64,000 nucleotides of DNA from Rotaria socialis. Taxonomy: Eukaryota. Under the pieces are notes generated by a model, which searched no databases, had not been told where the DNA came from, and worked only from the letters and a program-made list of their open reading frames with translations. Shown here in pieces: positions 1-14,318 of the stretch. The stretch is from assembly GCA_905331295.1 (NCBI GenBank), contig CAJNYD010000214.1, forward strand, positions 1-64,000, in the 5' to 3' direction. Numbering within the stretch: position 1 is the first letter of the stretch; every line of letters starts with the position of its first letter. Position numbers and translations under genes: made by a program.

Positions 1-319
1 TAGAAATAAATAAAAAAGAAATTTTGGTAAAATGGTTTGCATATTTTTAAAGCCCCTTCACTTCAGATATCGAATCAAGAGATACGGATCTCTTCAAAAC
101 CACGAGTATCCTCAATTCGAGTTAAAATGTGAAGTAGTTCACGGCAGAAAAGCCATCAGAAAAACTAGTTCGGGAAAGAGTGAAATCCTAAATATTTTCA
201 AGAAATCGAATAAGACTCTTTGTTTCACATCCGAAAGTAGATTCTCATAGCTACGAAAGAAAGTAAAAAAACTGATCTATTGGTCAATAGCTATAACAAT
301 GTTTTACGAGAAAGAGGAA

Positions 320-437
320 CCTAAGACGCTTTCCTGTCTGTGGTCACGACATGTCTAAAAACAAGACGTATTTCGCGTCTAAATCAGACTTTAGACACAT
401 GAACCGTCTTGTAAGACGCTTGGCATTTTTTAGAGTG
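320..437. mobile_element. Probable end of a CACT-terminated MITE/DNA transposon fragment
   Basis: Cluster of AGAC/GTCT sub-terminal motifs ending in TTTTTTAGAGTG (reverse complement CACTCTAAAAAA). No partner end found in the window. Confidence 0.35.
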
Positions 438-886
438 TATGGGGATTCATTTTCGTCACCATTATCAATTACTTGACACTCATCTACAATAAAGGAATCA
501 TAATAATATGTGAAATAGGCGAAAAGTCTTTATTTTGTTAAAATCCAAAATAAATCTTTAAAATAATTACATAATGAACTATCGAGTAAAAAAATTATGC
601 TTTGAAAATCTATGGATGTGATTTTCATTTCTATCTTGAAATGATAATTTTATTGATATTTGTAATCAACAAGAATTTTGAATGTCAACATATATGTACT
701 ACATTCAAAGCTATTATCGTCTATAGCTGAACTTAGTTTTGTTTAGTAAATCAAAAACTCACAAAAAAACTTAAGAAATTGAATAATTTCGTCTATGAGC
801 GACATCATTCGAGAATATATCGTTATACGAATGGAGCGAACGATTATCCTTCTACAAAAAAAAATTATCAATCCTCTCTATCATGA
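438..886 (+). pseudogene. Frameshifted 3' remnant of a gene, possibly LURP-one/tubby-C-like
   Basis: Protein-like pieces in shifting frames (YGDSF / RHHYQLLD / IICEIGEK / KNYALKIYGCDFHFYLEMIILLIFVI), a plausible intron at 696-746 and a terminal exon ending TGA at 886. The family assignment is weak. Confidence 0.25.
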
Positions 887-947
887 ACTTAATCAGTAAT
901 TTCCCATAAAAGATCCCACTCACTCATTAATTAATTACACCAATTCG

Positions 948-2777
948 ATGAGTTCCTATGTAAAATATATTTTCAGTAATAATTTTTCAGATTAGGATTT
1001 TTTTAGCAAAATCAGATGATGAATTCATCAATTATGGAGAATGATATTGATGATGATGGTGATGATGACAGCGATCTTAATAACAATGAATTTAAACGTA
1101 TTTTATTTCCTATTCTATCAACAAATATATCACCACTTCGACCATCAGTAACTAGTTCGTCCTATTGTGATACCAATTCATATGAAGGTTTATTTATGGA
1201 AAGTTGTGCAAAACTTCACGAACAGATAGCACATTATTGTTGGCCATTCTGTCCAATTTATTTACTACATATAAATACATATTGTCACATTGATTATTTT
1301 GCTATACCAGCTGAAATAGCTCTTGTCGAAACAACATTTTGGCCACAACTATATGGAAATAAGATCAATGTAGAATCTATGAATATATCGAAAAAAGTCA
1401 ATGAACATTATGAACGTCATTCTAATCTATGGAAACGTCTTTGTTCAATTACTGATGATTTTCATGATTTTGTCCATCCAGGTGATCAATTGCCCACTGG
1501 CTATCAAGCAGATATTCTCGAGCATTCAAGACGAACTCATGGTTTGAAGATTTTTGATACTATTTTTAGTTTGAGAGTTTTCGAGCGACGATTTTCATTG
1601 ATATAGAAAAAAGAGAGAGAGAGAGAGTTAAATACTAATTATTTTCCTGGTTATATTTCTTATTCATTTCTTTAAGGATTACCATGTACACCATATGAAA
1701 AAATTGGTACACAAGATTATAATCAATTATTAGATGATTTAAATGAAATGCTCAGTTCATTATGTGATTCTCGTCAGAAAACTAATCATGGAACTATGCC
1801 AATGTTTTGCACAATAGAATCATTCTGGTCAACAAAAGCTGCACTTGATTGGATCTACGATCAACCATCAACACGAGATCGTCTCGATGATTATACATTG
1901 TATCCAATCGAAGCATTGATTGCTGTTATTTATAGAAATTTCTATAGTCGAGTTCAATTTAAATGTGAACTTGGCGTATTGATGGGGTGAATATTTAAAA
2001 TTATTGAAATAATAGTAATAATGTTTTTATTCTCCCTTCTTTTCTTTTTCGTTAGCAAAACTCCTCAACAACCCGTACTTCATTCTCGTGCATGCGATTA
2101 TCATGCTATACTAGAAAATAAATATTGTGCTATGGCTCATGTAAGTTTATTGATTGATGAAATATTATTATCTTATTGATTTTATTATGAAAATAAAAAG
2201 GTTCGTGATCTAGCAGAATATTATACTTCATTAATGGCTTATTTATACTATACATATTGTGATCATAATTCGACAACATTGTTACCTTATGTAAAAGTAA
2301 CATATCAAGGAAATTTGTCACTTCAACAAGAAGCTTATCGGTCTGGTAAAAAAGAACGATTTAAAAAAGTAATAAATGGTAATTATTCATCATACGATGA
2401 TACTTCATTATCGTCAAGTATCAGCTCGAATGACAAAGCATTTGAAAATAATAAAAATCCTATTCAAATGAAAAAATATGAAAATCATCGAAATCATTCA
2501 ATGAGTATGTAATATGTGATTGTTTTTTGTTTTCTTAAATTAATTCTTCAGTTTAACATCTATGATAGGAAAAGAATCTAATTCAAATTTGAATCCATTA
2601 GCTGTACCGTTTGAGATACAGATTCAACAACAAGAACGTATTCAACATTCTAAAGACAATAATAAGCCACCAGCTCAGCTGGTATTATTTGAGCCACGTA
2701 ATACACCAAGTCCTGTACCTTCATGTCAAACAATGTATCAACGTATGCATCATCGACCACGTGAAAATTGGGATTAA
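948..2777 (+). CDS. mael: Maelstrom (MAEL-domain) piRNA pathway protein without HMG box
   Basis: Spliced product contains IPAEIALVE, FHDFVHPGDQLPTGYQADILEHSRRTHGLP and RACDYHAILENKYCAMAH (E...C-x2-H-x7-C zinc motif typical of MAEL). Introns at about 960-1006, 1542-1676, 1988-2055, 2141-2200 and 2508-2551. Start may instead be 1016. Confidence 0.85.
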
Positions 2778-4261
2778 TATAAACCACCGAAATATAATTG
2801 ATATTATGTTTGTTTTTGTTTGATTGTTTGTTTGTTTATGTAAGAGAAATTATTTGTGAGCATATTTTTCTGTTTGAAAATAACGAAACAAGAATAAAAT
2901 GTTTCGAGATAAATAGTTAAATTTTAGTTTTTAATTATAATTTAAAAGGGATTCGTTTTTGGTAAAATTTATTTTATGTTTACATAAGAGGCTTAGCAGA
3001 ATTTTGTGAGATTGACTGCTACTTAAAAGTGGATTGCAATTATTTTCTGGAACGTATCACTCATTGACAGGTGTGTTCCGATGGGAATCGTATTTCTAAA
3101 GCTTATCCGACATCGATATTTTCTCGTGGCAACTAGTAAGCACTCATTTTGTTTTCACTCGAATGCCCTAGAGCTTTCGCTAATTGACTAATGTCTTATT
3201 GACGAAATGTGGAAATCCTGTACTAGAAATCTTCGAGTTACATGTACTTCATAATTGACCCGATCGATTCAACAAGATATCGGCTAATTAAAGAGTCGAC
3301 ACATTGTATAGAACATTTTTGTACTTATTACAAAAAAACAAAGAGAAAAATTGCCATAAAGTCATATCCAAAATGATAATAATTATGAAGTATTTCCCAT
3401 AAAAAGATTAATACGAGTTGGATTTATGATAGAATAATGTAAAAAAAAACATAATAACTAAATTCCATTAAAATAATAAGTGCCTCGGTTTCATTTGTCA
3501 ATGAATTTTAAGTATTTAATGAACAAGAATACTGTGTCGATCATAGACTACAAATGATAACTGAACTGACATTAATGATACATTAGCAAGTATAAATCAC
3601 ATTTTTTTATGAAAAATAAATTGAGTTTAGCAATTTCCTTTTTTTTTGTTTCAAGCGTCAACTATATTCATTTATGAACTTTTCTAATAGTTTTAAAACC
3701 AAGTTTCAAATGATTACCTATTGAAATTCATTGTTTGTTATTTTTAGTTTCTTAATATGATCATAATACAAGAAAAATATGAAAAGATTTTCGCTCCAAA
3801 TGACATTTTGATGTTATATATAGTCGACACACAGTAAATATTGAACCTGCCAATTGTGTTCAACCACGATATGTCATTACATGAGCTTTTAATTCATTTA
3901 TGTTACGCGTAGGAGTGTACGTGACTAGAAGATTATCTATTGTATAAAGAAAGTGTTCACCATTTTCTAGTTCTTATATAGATAATTGATGCTAAAGATC
4001 ATTGAAGTAGACCAACTGATTGATTCGAGAAAGACTCCCTGCGGTTACAAGATCATTAATTCTAAGAATACAACAATTCTTAAGAAAAAGCGAAAGAAGA
4101 GAAAAAAAGGAAGAGAATAGTAGCTAAGTTATAAAAAAAGAAAAATTTCTCATATTCTCCCTTCATCTCTTTCCATATTCGGAAAAAGTCTCAAACAGGC
4201 ACTTCACTTCTTATTCTCTCTCAATTATCTTTATAATAAATACTAGCTATAACAATAAATA

Positions 4262-4690
4262 ATGTTTCATCGTCAGTCATTGTTATTGACAATTTTTTCA
4301 ATTATTTTAATTCAAATTTCTTATATTTATTCAACTCCAGTTATTTCTGCAGCTGCTAGCCATATTATTGAGGAAAATGATGATGATTATCAACGTGCAT
4401 ACAATGGTTTTATCTATCATATAAAAAATATTGTCGATGAAAGAAATATCTATGAACAAATGATGTTACTTAATCAGTTACGTGAATATCTAAATCGTAT
4501 GTGTATTACTGGATTTTTCGGAGCAATACATGCTGAAGCGTGCCAACGCGTAGTGGATGTTTTTCATCAAAATTATATTCATAGTCGTATAAATGACAAT
4601 GAAATCACTGATACATCCAATGAAACACACGGTTTACAAAAGCGTTTCTTTTGTAATGGATTTATTGGTTGTAAAAACGCTCACGGCTGA
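4262..4690 (+). CDS. CCAP-like (cardioactive peptide) neuropeptide precursor
   Basis: Single exon with a hydrophobic signal peptide and C-terminal KR-FFCNGFIGCKNAHG-stop (dibasic site, C-x5-C ring, Gly amide donor). Resembles CCAP PFCNAFTGC and molluscan xFCNGFxGC peptides. Confidence 0.85.
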   Translation: MFHRQSLLLTIFSIILIQISYIYSTPVISAAASHIIEENDDDYQRAYNGFIYHIKNIVDERNIYEQMMLLNQLREYLNRMCITGFFGAIHAEACQRVVDVFHQNYIHSRINDNEITDTSNETHGLQKRFFCNGFIGCKNAHG

Positions 4691-4831
4691 CTGTCAACGG
4701 ATCGGAACGATAACAACAAGAGAAAGAAAGATAAACAGTATTTTTAACGCAAGAGAGTATGATTGTGGAGTTTTATTTTGAAACCACTCATAAAAATAAA
4801 TAGAAATAAATCTTCATTTTGTTGTATTTTC

Positions 4832-6849
<2,018 letters not shown>

Positions 6850-8020
6850 GTTGTATACGTTTATGCTTACTCTTCTTTCTTTTCTTTTACACTTTCTTCA
6901 ATGTATCTATAAAGGTAGTCAGGCCTTGTTTTTATGGCTATCAATACACCACAATAGATATGCGTTTTCTTTTATACGCGATTCTTACGAAATGTTTTCT
7001 CGTACGCATGTTGATAGTCGGGGATAGAGTGTAATTTCTTAAAGTGACACTGAAATTTTGTTAATTCTATTGATTCATCGAAGATGTTCATAGTACAAGT
7101 TCAAAATATCGATGTTCACTATAGTGGAATAACTTTTAAAAACAATAGAACCATCTTGCGGCTATTTTAAGTTAATAAAATTATTTCGGTAAATAATTAT
7201 CAGCATTATAGAAATATTTTCATTTAAATGACTTTTATGCTTATTGGTTTCTATCGTACAAGGTATATAAAAAAAAAACTTAGGTTTTTATTTAAAGCCC
7301 GAACGCACCGATAAATATTGTTCTTATATCTTCGTGGACGAGAAGGCGATTCTTTTCTTGATCAACCCACTCTTCGATACTCTCATTCTTATAGATGCCT
7401 TAAGATAAACATTATCTATTGAATATCATAAAGTTTTAATATTCTCATAAAAAGAAATCTTTTTTTCTGCGTTGATTCCGGTTGATTTTTGCCTTCAGAC
7501 TAAAATTTTTCTCGTCCATGTTAGACAAAAATAATTGTGATTGATCCATTGAAAATGTTTTTGTTTCCAATTTGTTGAATTAGATTTCGCCAACGTTCAT
7601 AGTTGTATCTCAATCCTTCTGGGAAATCCAATTGAAGCAGATAACCAATACGACAATTTTCTCACGCTGCTTTTAAATATTGAATATTAGATTTCAAAAT
7701 TAATCCTAATTCATTGCCCAACGAATTAAACTTTATTGATTCTAGAATAAAATAACCATCTGCTTGAAACTTTAATCATAAGTATTATTTTTTTTTATCT
7801 CTATTTTAAATCGAAAATATCTCCTTTTTACTTCAGAACAAAAAATGAAAAACTTCATTTTCGATCGAAGTCATCTAAGTGATTTGATTAGTATATTTCT
7901 TTTTCTATCGACGAAGTTAGTATTCATTTATAGACTTCGAGATATATATTTCCATAAGCCCAATTTTAAATTATATCACAATGTTATTGAATAAAAAAAA
8001 ACAAATAGAATAAAATTGTC

Positions 8021-11000
8021 CTAAGCAGTAGATGCTAAGCCTTTATCAAGTATATTAAGAATAATGACATAAATAGGAGCGAATTCTTTTTGTTGTCGAT
8101 TACGAACTGTTTGAACATACGTTTCTAATGTTCCCCTAAAACGAAAATGTTTTTTACAAAGAAATTTTCAAAATAAAAGCCAAAGGAATTTACTTGATCA
8201 TTGCTAATCGATCACTCATATTGGGATGTTCATCAAGCCATTGAATATATCGATTAATGGACCAATTCATTGCCTTAAAAATAAATGAGAAGTTTACTGG
8301 CCGTAACATAAGTCATTCTATTATAATTACTTGATGTGGTGAACGCATTTCAATAGGTGCTCTTGAAAATAAATGATGAAGAACAATGTCATAGGGAACA
8401 ACATCGCCAATGACGGAATTATTTTGAAATTCTTCTGTAGTTAAAATTAACAATGATCGAAATGCTTTTAGAATTTTATAATGTTTCCCTAAATCTGTTA
8501 GACGACGACAGAATGGTGATAGGGCAAATTCGATTTGCGCAAAATCAACAACTAAACGTAATATTCCGCCTTCACCCAATGGTCGAACCAAACTAATATG
8601 TTCCATAAACAATTCAATGGCTCGGCATGCAATCGGCGCAAGACTAATAAAAAAATTTGTATATATATATAAAACTGAATTATTGATTAAATATAATTAA
8701 CTTACTTTTCATACATAAAATCTTTACATTGAAATTCAGTGAAATAATCTTTTTGAATGCGGATTATAAATTCTTGTAATTCTTTCATATATAATGAACT
8801 TTGAGAGTCCGATTGAGTTCCAGTTGGTCTAACAAAGGTAAACAAAGGTTAGGAACTTTCTGATTTATAAATCAATTGATTTACTGTGAAAAATCTTCAG
8901 TATGCATCGTTGCAAGTATAGCCTCGATACAATCAGCGACAGAATTAAGGAATGGATGAATTGCTGTATTCATTAAAGAATGAACACACTAGAAAATTAG
9001 AAGAAAAATATGAATTTCAATTCTATGGTTAGTTTTCTCGTACTTGTAAAGCATCAGCGATACGTGTTGTTGCAGTTAAAGGAAGATTTTGTTGTTCAGC
9101 AAGCATCTATAAAATAAAACAGCAACATATGGAAAAATTTATTTTTCGTTTTTGTGAAGAGATTTTCAAACCTTATTTATCATCGAACAGAAATTATAAA
9201 GAATATTAATTGCTGATATATTACGTAATTGCGCTGCTGTCGGAGCTGATACAACTTGACTTCCTTCGCTGTCCGTACAAATCTATGTTAGAAAACAAGA
9301 AATAGGCACATTATTGTTGAATATTAATGTCATACCGATTGTTCACATCTATGAAGAATATTCACACATATACATATGTTAGTAGAAGTATTTAATCAAA
9401 CTTACTTCGCTGCAAATAATTGAATTGCTTTGCCTATATTACGTGCCACTTTATTTACTAATGCTTCGCTAACAATTGATACTGTTAATTCACTAAAAAA
9501 AACAGAAATCATAGAAAATATTCGTATTAATGAAGAAGGTCCTATTAATTGTAGAACTGAGAAATTAATGATATTCTTTAAAAAAAACATTGGTTTTGTA
9601 CAATAGTATCACTTACACTGATCAGGAAAGATTTTCGGCAGTTCAAGCGCTTTTTTTCTTGGTATTATAACTGTTCGGGCAGCCATAAAAATGAGGGAAG
9701 AAAATCTATTTTGAATTCTGTTTTGTAGCCATTTCTTATTGAGTTTTATGCACTTTACCGCTGCTTAGACTTAGGACTATGAAGTTGTAAATGAAATTTT
9801 TGTGCCTAGTTAGATGTTAGAGTTGTTGAAAGTATCTTCGAATTTGGACTACTTAGGAGGATTGCCGATGTTACATGCTACAACCTCTAAGCATTAGATT
9901 TCGATTACAAATGTACTCTGAACGATATATTGTCATTTTAAATTTGAAGTCTACAGCGCATAGATACGGATTTCTTCTTACTTGACAATAAGTTTAACAA
10001 AACTTTCTAATTCTTGCTGTGTTGGCAATAATTTTGTTGTACTACTGCTACTAAACACAAGATTAATTGGATCCGATAAGCGTGATGATAGTATCGATAA
10101 ATAAGATTTTTCGAATATCTCAAAACATTCATTTAATTGTAAATTTGCTCTAATAAACAAAAGAAAAACCAATTTCTATAAATCAAAAGAAAAACGAAAA
10201 CAAACTTTTGTTTTTCTTGAGATTGTTCTGAATCAAGTGGGTCCTTATCTATAAGATCCATTTCAATCTCACTGAAACCTGGTTGCAATTGATTTAAACG
10301 AGCAATTAAATCATTTTGTAGTCTTAATAATCTCGGATATTCGCCTTCCAATGCTTGTCGAAGATGATATGAATCTTAAAAAGCAAGTATTCACAATAAA
10401 AATGCTCTTCTTCTGTCTATATTAAGTTTTCTCGTTCGGTACCTGACATGGATATTTTCATTTGTTTTCTCAATGATTTCATAGCACCTACCCAAAATTG
10501 CCCAACGAGATCACTTGAATGGCCTTGCTAAAAACGAGAATAACAAAGAATTGCCTAGATGTCTTTCTGTGTAATTAAACTAGTTTATTTTACTTTAGTC
10601 AATTCGTCAATAAAAGTTGTATGTGTAATTGGATCTTTCTTCTTAGCTAGAACTCTTGAAAGATTGTACAATTGTGCGATAGTAACATAAAGTAACTCAA
10701 GTATTTTATCAATATTTGTCCATAGTAATGCACGAAATTGTGATGTATTTCCAATATTTGGCATTGTTGTTCGACCTGGATTCGATGCTAAATAAATATT
10801 TCATTGATATGCATTTTGTTTTCGGAATTTTCATTATATACATACGATCTTTACTCCGTGATAATTGTTTTAAATCAAGATATTCAGAAATTTGTGCTTG
10901 AAAATTTTGTAATTGCCGTTGCTCAATCGATTGAATACGATCGTGAAGTGTACCCAAATTAAAAAACACTTGTAATGCTGTACCGATTTGTGCCGGATTC

Positions 11001-12254
11001 TATAATGTAATCGTAGGATATTTGTTGAACAACTAAAACAGTATTATCGAACAAACCAAATGATTTAGACCATTTTCTAGAACATCTTGTGCTTGCGTTT
11101 GAATATCATGACGAGCTTTAAACACAAATTGAAGATCTTTTTCCACGATATCAATACCCGTAAAATCAGTGTCAACAGTAAAATGATCTTTTAAAGAAAA
11201 AGAAAACAGAAGTTTTGATTTTGAAATATTTAATTACCTAGTTCACTCAAGCATTGCGAAGCTTTGACTAGTTCAATTTGCTGTTGACCTGCATTTGACG
11301 GTGACATAAATGTTTGTAATTTTTTTGTTTGCTGTAGTACTCCTTTGATGCGTCGAAGAAGATCACATGTATTCTATAAACATGAGCGATATTGATGGAA
11401 TTCAAAAGGCTAATTTTACTGTACCTGAAGGCGAGTTAATTGATATTTTCGAACTAATATTTTATTATATGGTTCAGTCACTTTTGTAGATATTCTAATT
11501 AAATAGAACAAAATATTTGGAATTCTTCTCTTCAAAACCAACTGTCTAGTCAATGGTCTATGTAGTTCTACTTCCAATATATTTCCTAGTAACATTTTGA
11601 TTGATCACCTACGAGAAAGAAAGTTGTCTGAAAGAGTTCAACACTGATCGTTTCTAGTCTCTGGATATGCTGTGTGAAAAATTAATTTTAAAGTGCTCAA
11701 TATCCTAAATGGAAATCAGTATTGGCCATATTTCGTGAGACTTCTCCTTCCATAGGAAATGAAAAAAAGTGAATATGTTCAGATTTTCTCTGCATTCTAA
11801 GATATACTAATGTTTTTGAAAACAAAAACAATATCGAACCTGTCAACAGTTGATTTCAATGATCCAATGCGCGACTGCATATTTTCTAAAACATCTTCAA
11901 TTGTGCCGATGGATGATGCTTGTCGAAATAGAACTGGTGCATTTGATGATACCTTAAATAATTATTTCAGACATAGGAAATCAAAAGCATCTAATTTTGT
12001 TTTGAAATAACTCGTTTACTTGCTGTTTTATTTCACCATCAAGCGTTCTTATAAGTTCATTTAAATGTTGTAAATAATCCGCAACAAGTTTAGTTTGTAG
12101 AATATTAGCTGAAAATGATTTTATATCAAAATCATCGTCAATAAAATCGTTGAATGATTCTAAATTTAAAAAAATTTCGCATTTCAACATAAATTTTATT
12201 CATATGGCATCCTCTTCTTGTATATGTACCATCATTCAAAATTGTGCATTCCAT
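8021..12254 (-). CDS. COG5: Conserved oligomeric Golgi complex subunit 5
   Basis: Exons encode [63 protein letters not shown] and [15 protein letters not shown], ending GLASTA-TAG. Start inferred from ATG GAA TGC at 12254. Confidence 0.9.
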
Positions 12255-12637
12255 CTACAAAATAGTATAGATAATATCTTTCGAGTTTTTGTTTAGTTAT
12301 CGAAAAGGGAACAAAAATGATCTATGTAGCAGAATTCCATCGCTGCTAAGATTTTTTTTCGAATGTATTTTATTTATCTACTTTTTTTTCCTTTTCCGTT
12401 TTTAAACGTACAACAACAAACGAAAGAAAACAAGCAAGAGAAAAATATGACAAATGAGACGAAGTAGTTATAATAAAGGTAAACCAACAAATACATGTGC
12501 TCAATACGAAAAAAAACAAGCACGTGTTTTTTCTTTCTTTTGAGGAGCAAGATAAAAAAAAAGAACGAATGGGCAAGCGTGATGTCTGTTCTAATTGCAA
12601 TTCTTCATTGAATAAATCCGAAATAAAAAAATAACAA

Positions 12638-14236
12638 CTATTGAGTCAACGCAGCTAGATTGTTGCCTGTCGATGATGAAATATCAGCAGATGAAGGATT
12701 TGTTGATGGATCATCGTGTCTATGCGTTTCATCGTCATGTTCATCGTTTATGAAAGGCTAAAATAGAAAATTGAACTTAGTTAAGATTTATTTTTCAACG
12801 ACAAAAAACGAAGAAGGCAGATCGAACGTAATTGTAGCTAGCAACGAAAATATTCGTTTTATCAACACACATATAGCATGTGTCAAGAACATGGATATGT
12901 TAAATTTGTCTTATAAGTGCACAATATTTTCAAATTGTGTGCATAAAATTGAAAAAGATTATTATCAGTTATTCATTATAGATGGCATTGATCTATCTAG
13001 TGCTTTAAAATGTTAGAATTTGCTTATTTTACTAGTTTCTTTTTTAATAGTCTATATCGCATTAGTGTATTATAATGACATATAGAATTAGCATACGATG
13101 GTGCCATTATGTGTGGATACTAATCGAAGTCATTCAAACAAATTAGATCAATATCAGTTAAATTTATACTTGTTTCTAAGACTTCTTAGCTGTTGGACAT
13201 ATGTCAGCGAGAAATTCTCATCTTTCATATTCTGCAATTTCGGGGGTATGCGATATAATATACGTAGATATCAAGTTTTTTGTTGTTGTTGTTGTTGTTA
13301 TCTATACTACATAAGTAAATATCGACTGTGCAAAATTTATTCTGAGTTATTGCGAACGTGAAAATGATTTTTTTAACATGAAGTTCTCAAATGATTCCAA
13401 ACGATAAAAAAATCAACGTGAGATTTGTCTAGGAAAGCAATTAATCCAAAATTTGTTAATAGATTTTGATATCAAACAGCAAGAATTATACGAAACAAAC
13501 ACTTCGAAATAATAGAATAGAGCGTAGTGGTTAAAAGGCGATCAAAGGAAAGCTAACTCACGAAATAAATGTTTGAAAAACTAAAAGAATCGAAAAATAC
13601 TCATTGTTTAAATTGCGTATTGAAGAAACGAAATCAAGTTGAATCTTAATTTTATGTTAAATAAAGTCAATTTCAAGAAAAATAGATGAACATGTTTGAA
13701 AAAGAAACGAACAAAAAAAAAAGAAAAACGTATAGAAAAACACAAAAAAAAACAGACTATTTCTTGTGTAAAATATATAGATAAGTNACACAGAATAAAT
13801 TTTGCACAGTCGATATTTACTTATGTAGTATAGATAACAACAACAACAACAACAAAAAACTTTATATCTACGTATAGAAAAACACAAAAAAAAACAGACG
13901 ATTTCTTGTGTAAAATATATAGATAAGTTGTTTATTTTTTGAGTATATAGAGCAGTGACGAAATTCTACGAATAAAAGTACCGCATAGATGTTGTTGTAT
14001 TTCACTGAAAGATTGTCTATTTTTATTTACATAACCTATGTTACTATTTTTTTTATTTCGCTTGAAATCTATTAAAGTTTAGTTTCATTTACCCCATTGC
14101 TTGATGTTTCAGTTTGATGTGTTCCTTTTATCAGCGAATCAAAAATACGTTCGAATACTGATCGTCTAAAATCAGAAGAAAGAAAAAACAATAATAATCC
14201 TGATCATCATATATAGTAACTGCCAGGTACAATGTA

Positions 14237-14318
<82 letters not shown>

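Noticed and set aside
32..250. 72-aa ORF
   Set aside because: No recognisable motif or splice context.
13518..13545. tRNA A-box-like AGCGTAGTGGTTAA
   Set aside because: No B-box or cloverleaf follows.
13098..13887. ORFs with poly-Cys (CCCCCC) on both strands
   Set aside because: Translation of a (TGT)n microsatellite within the intronic inverted repeat.
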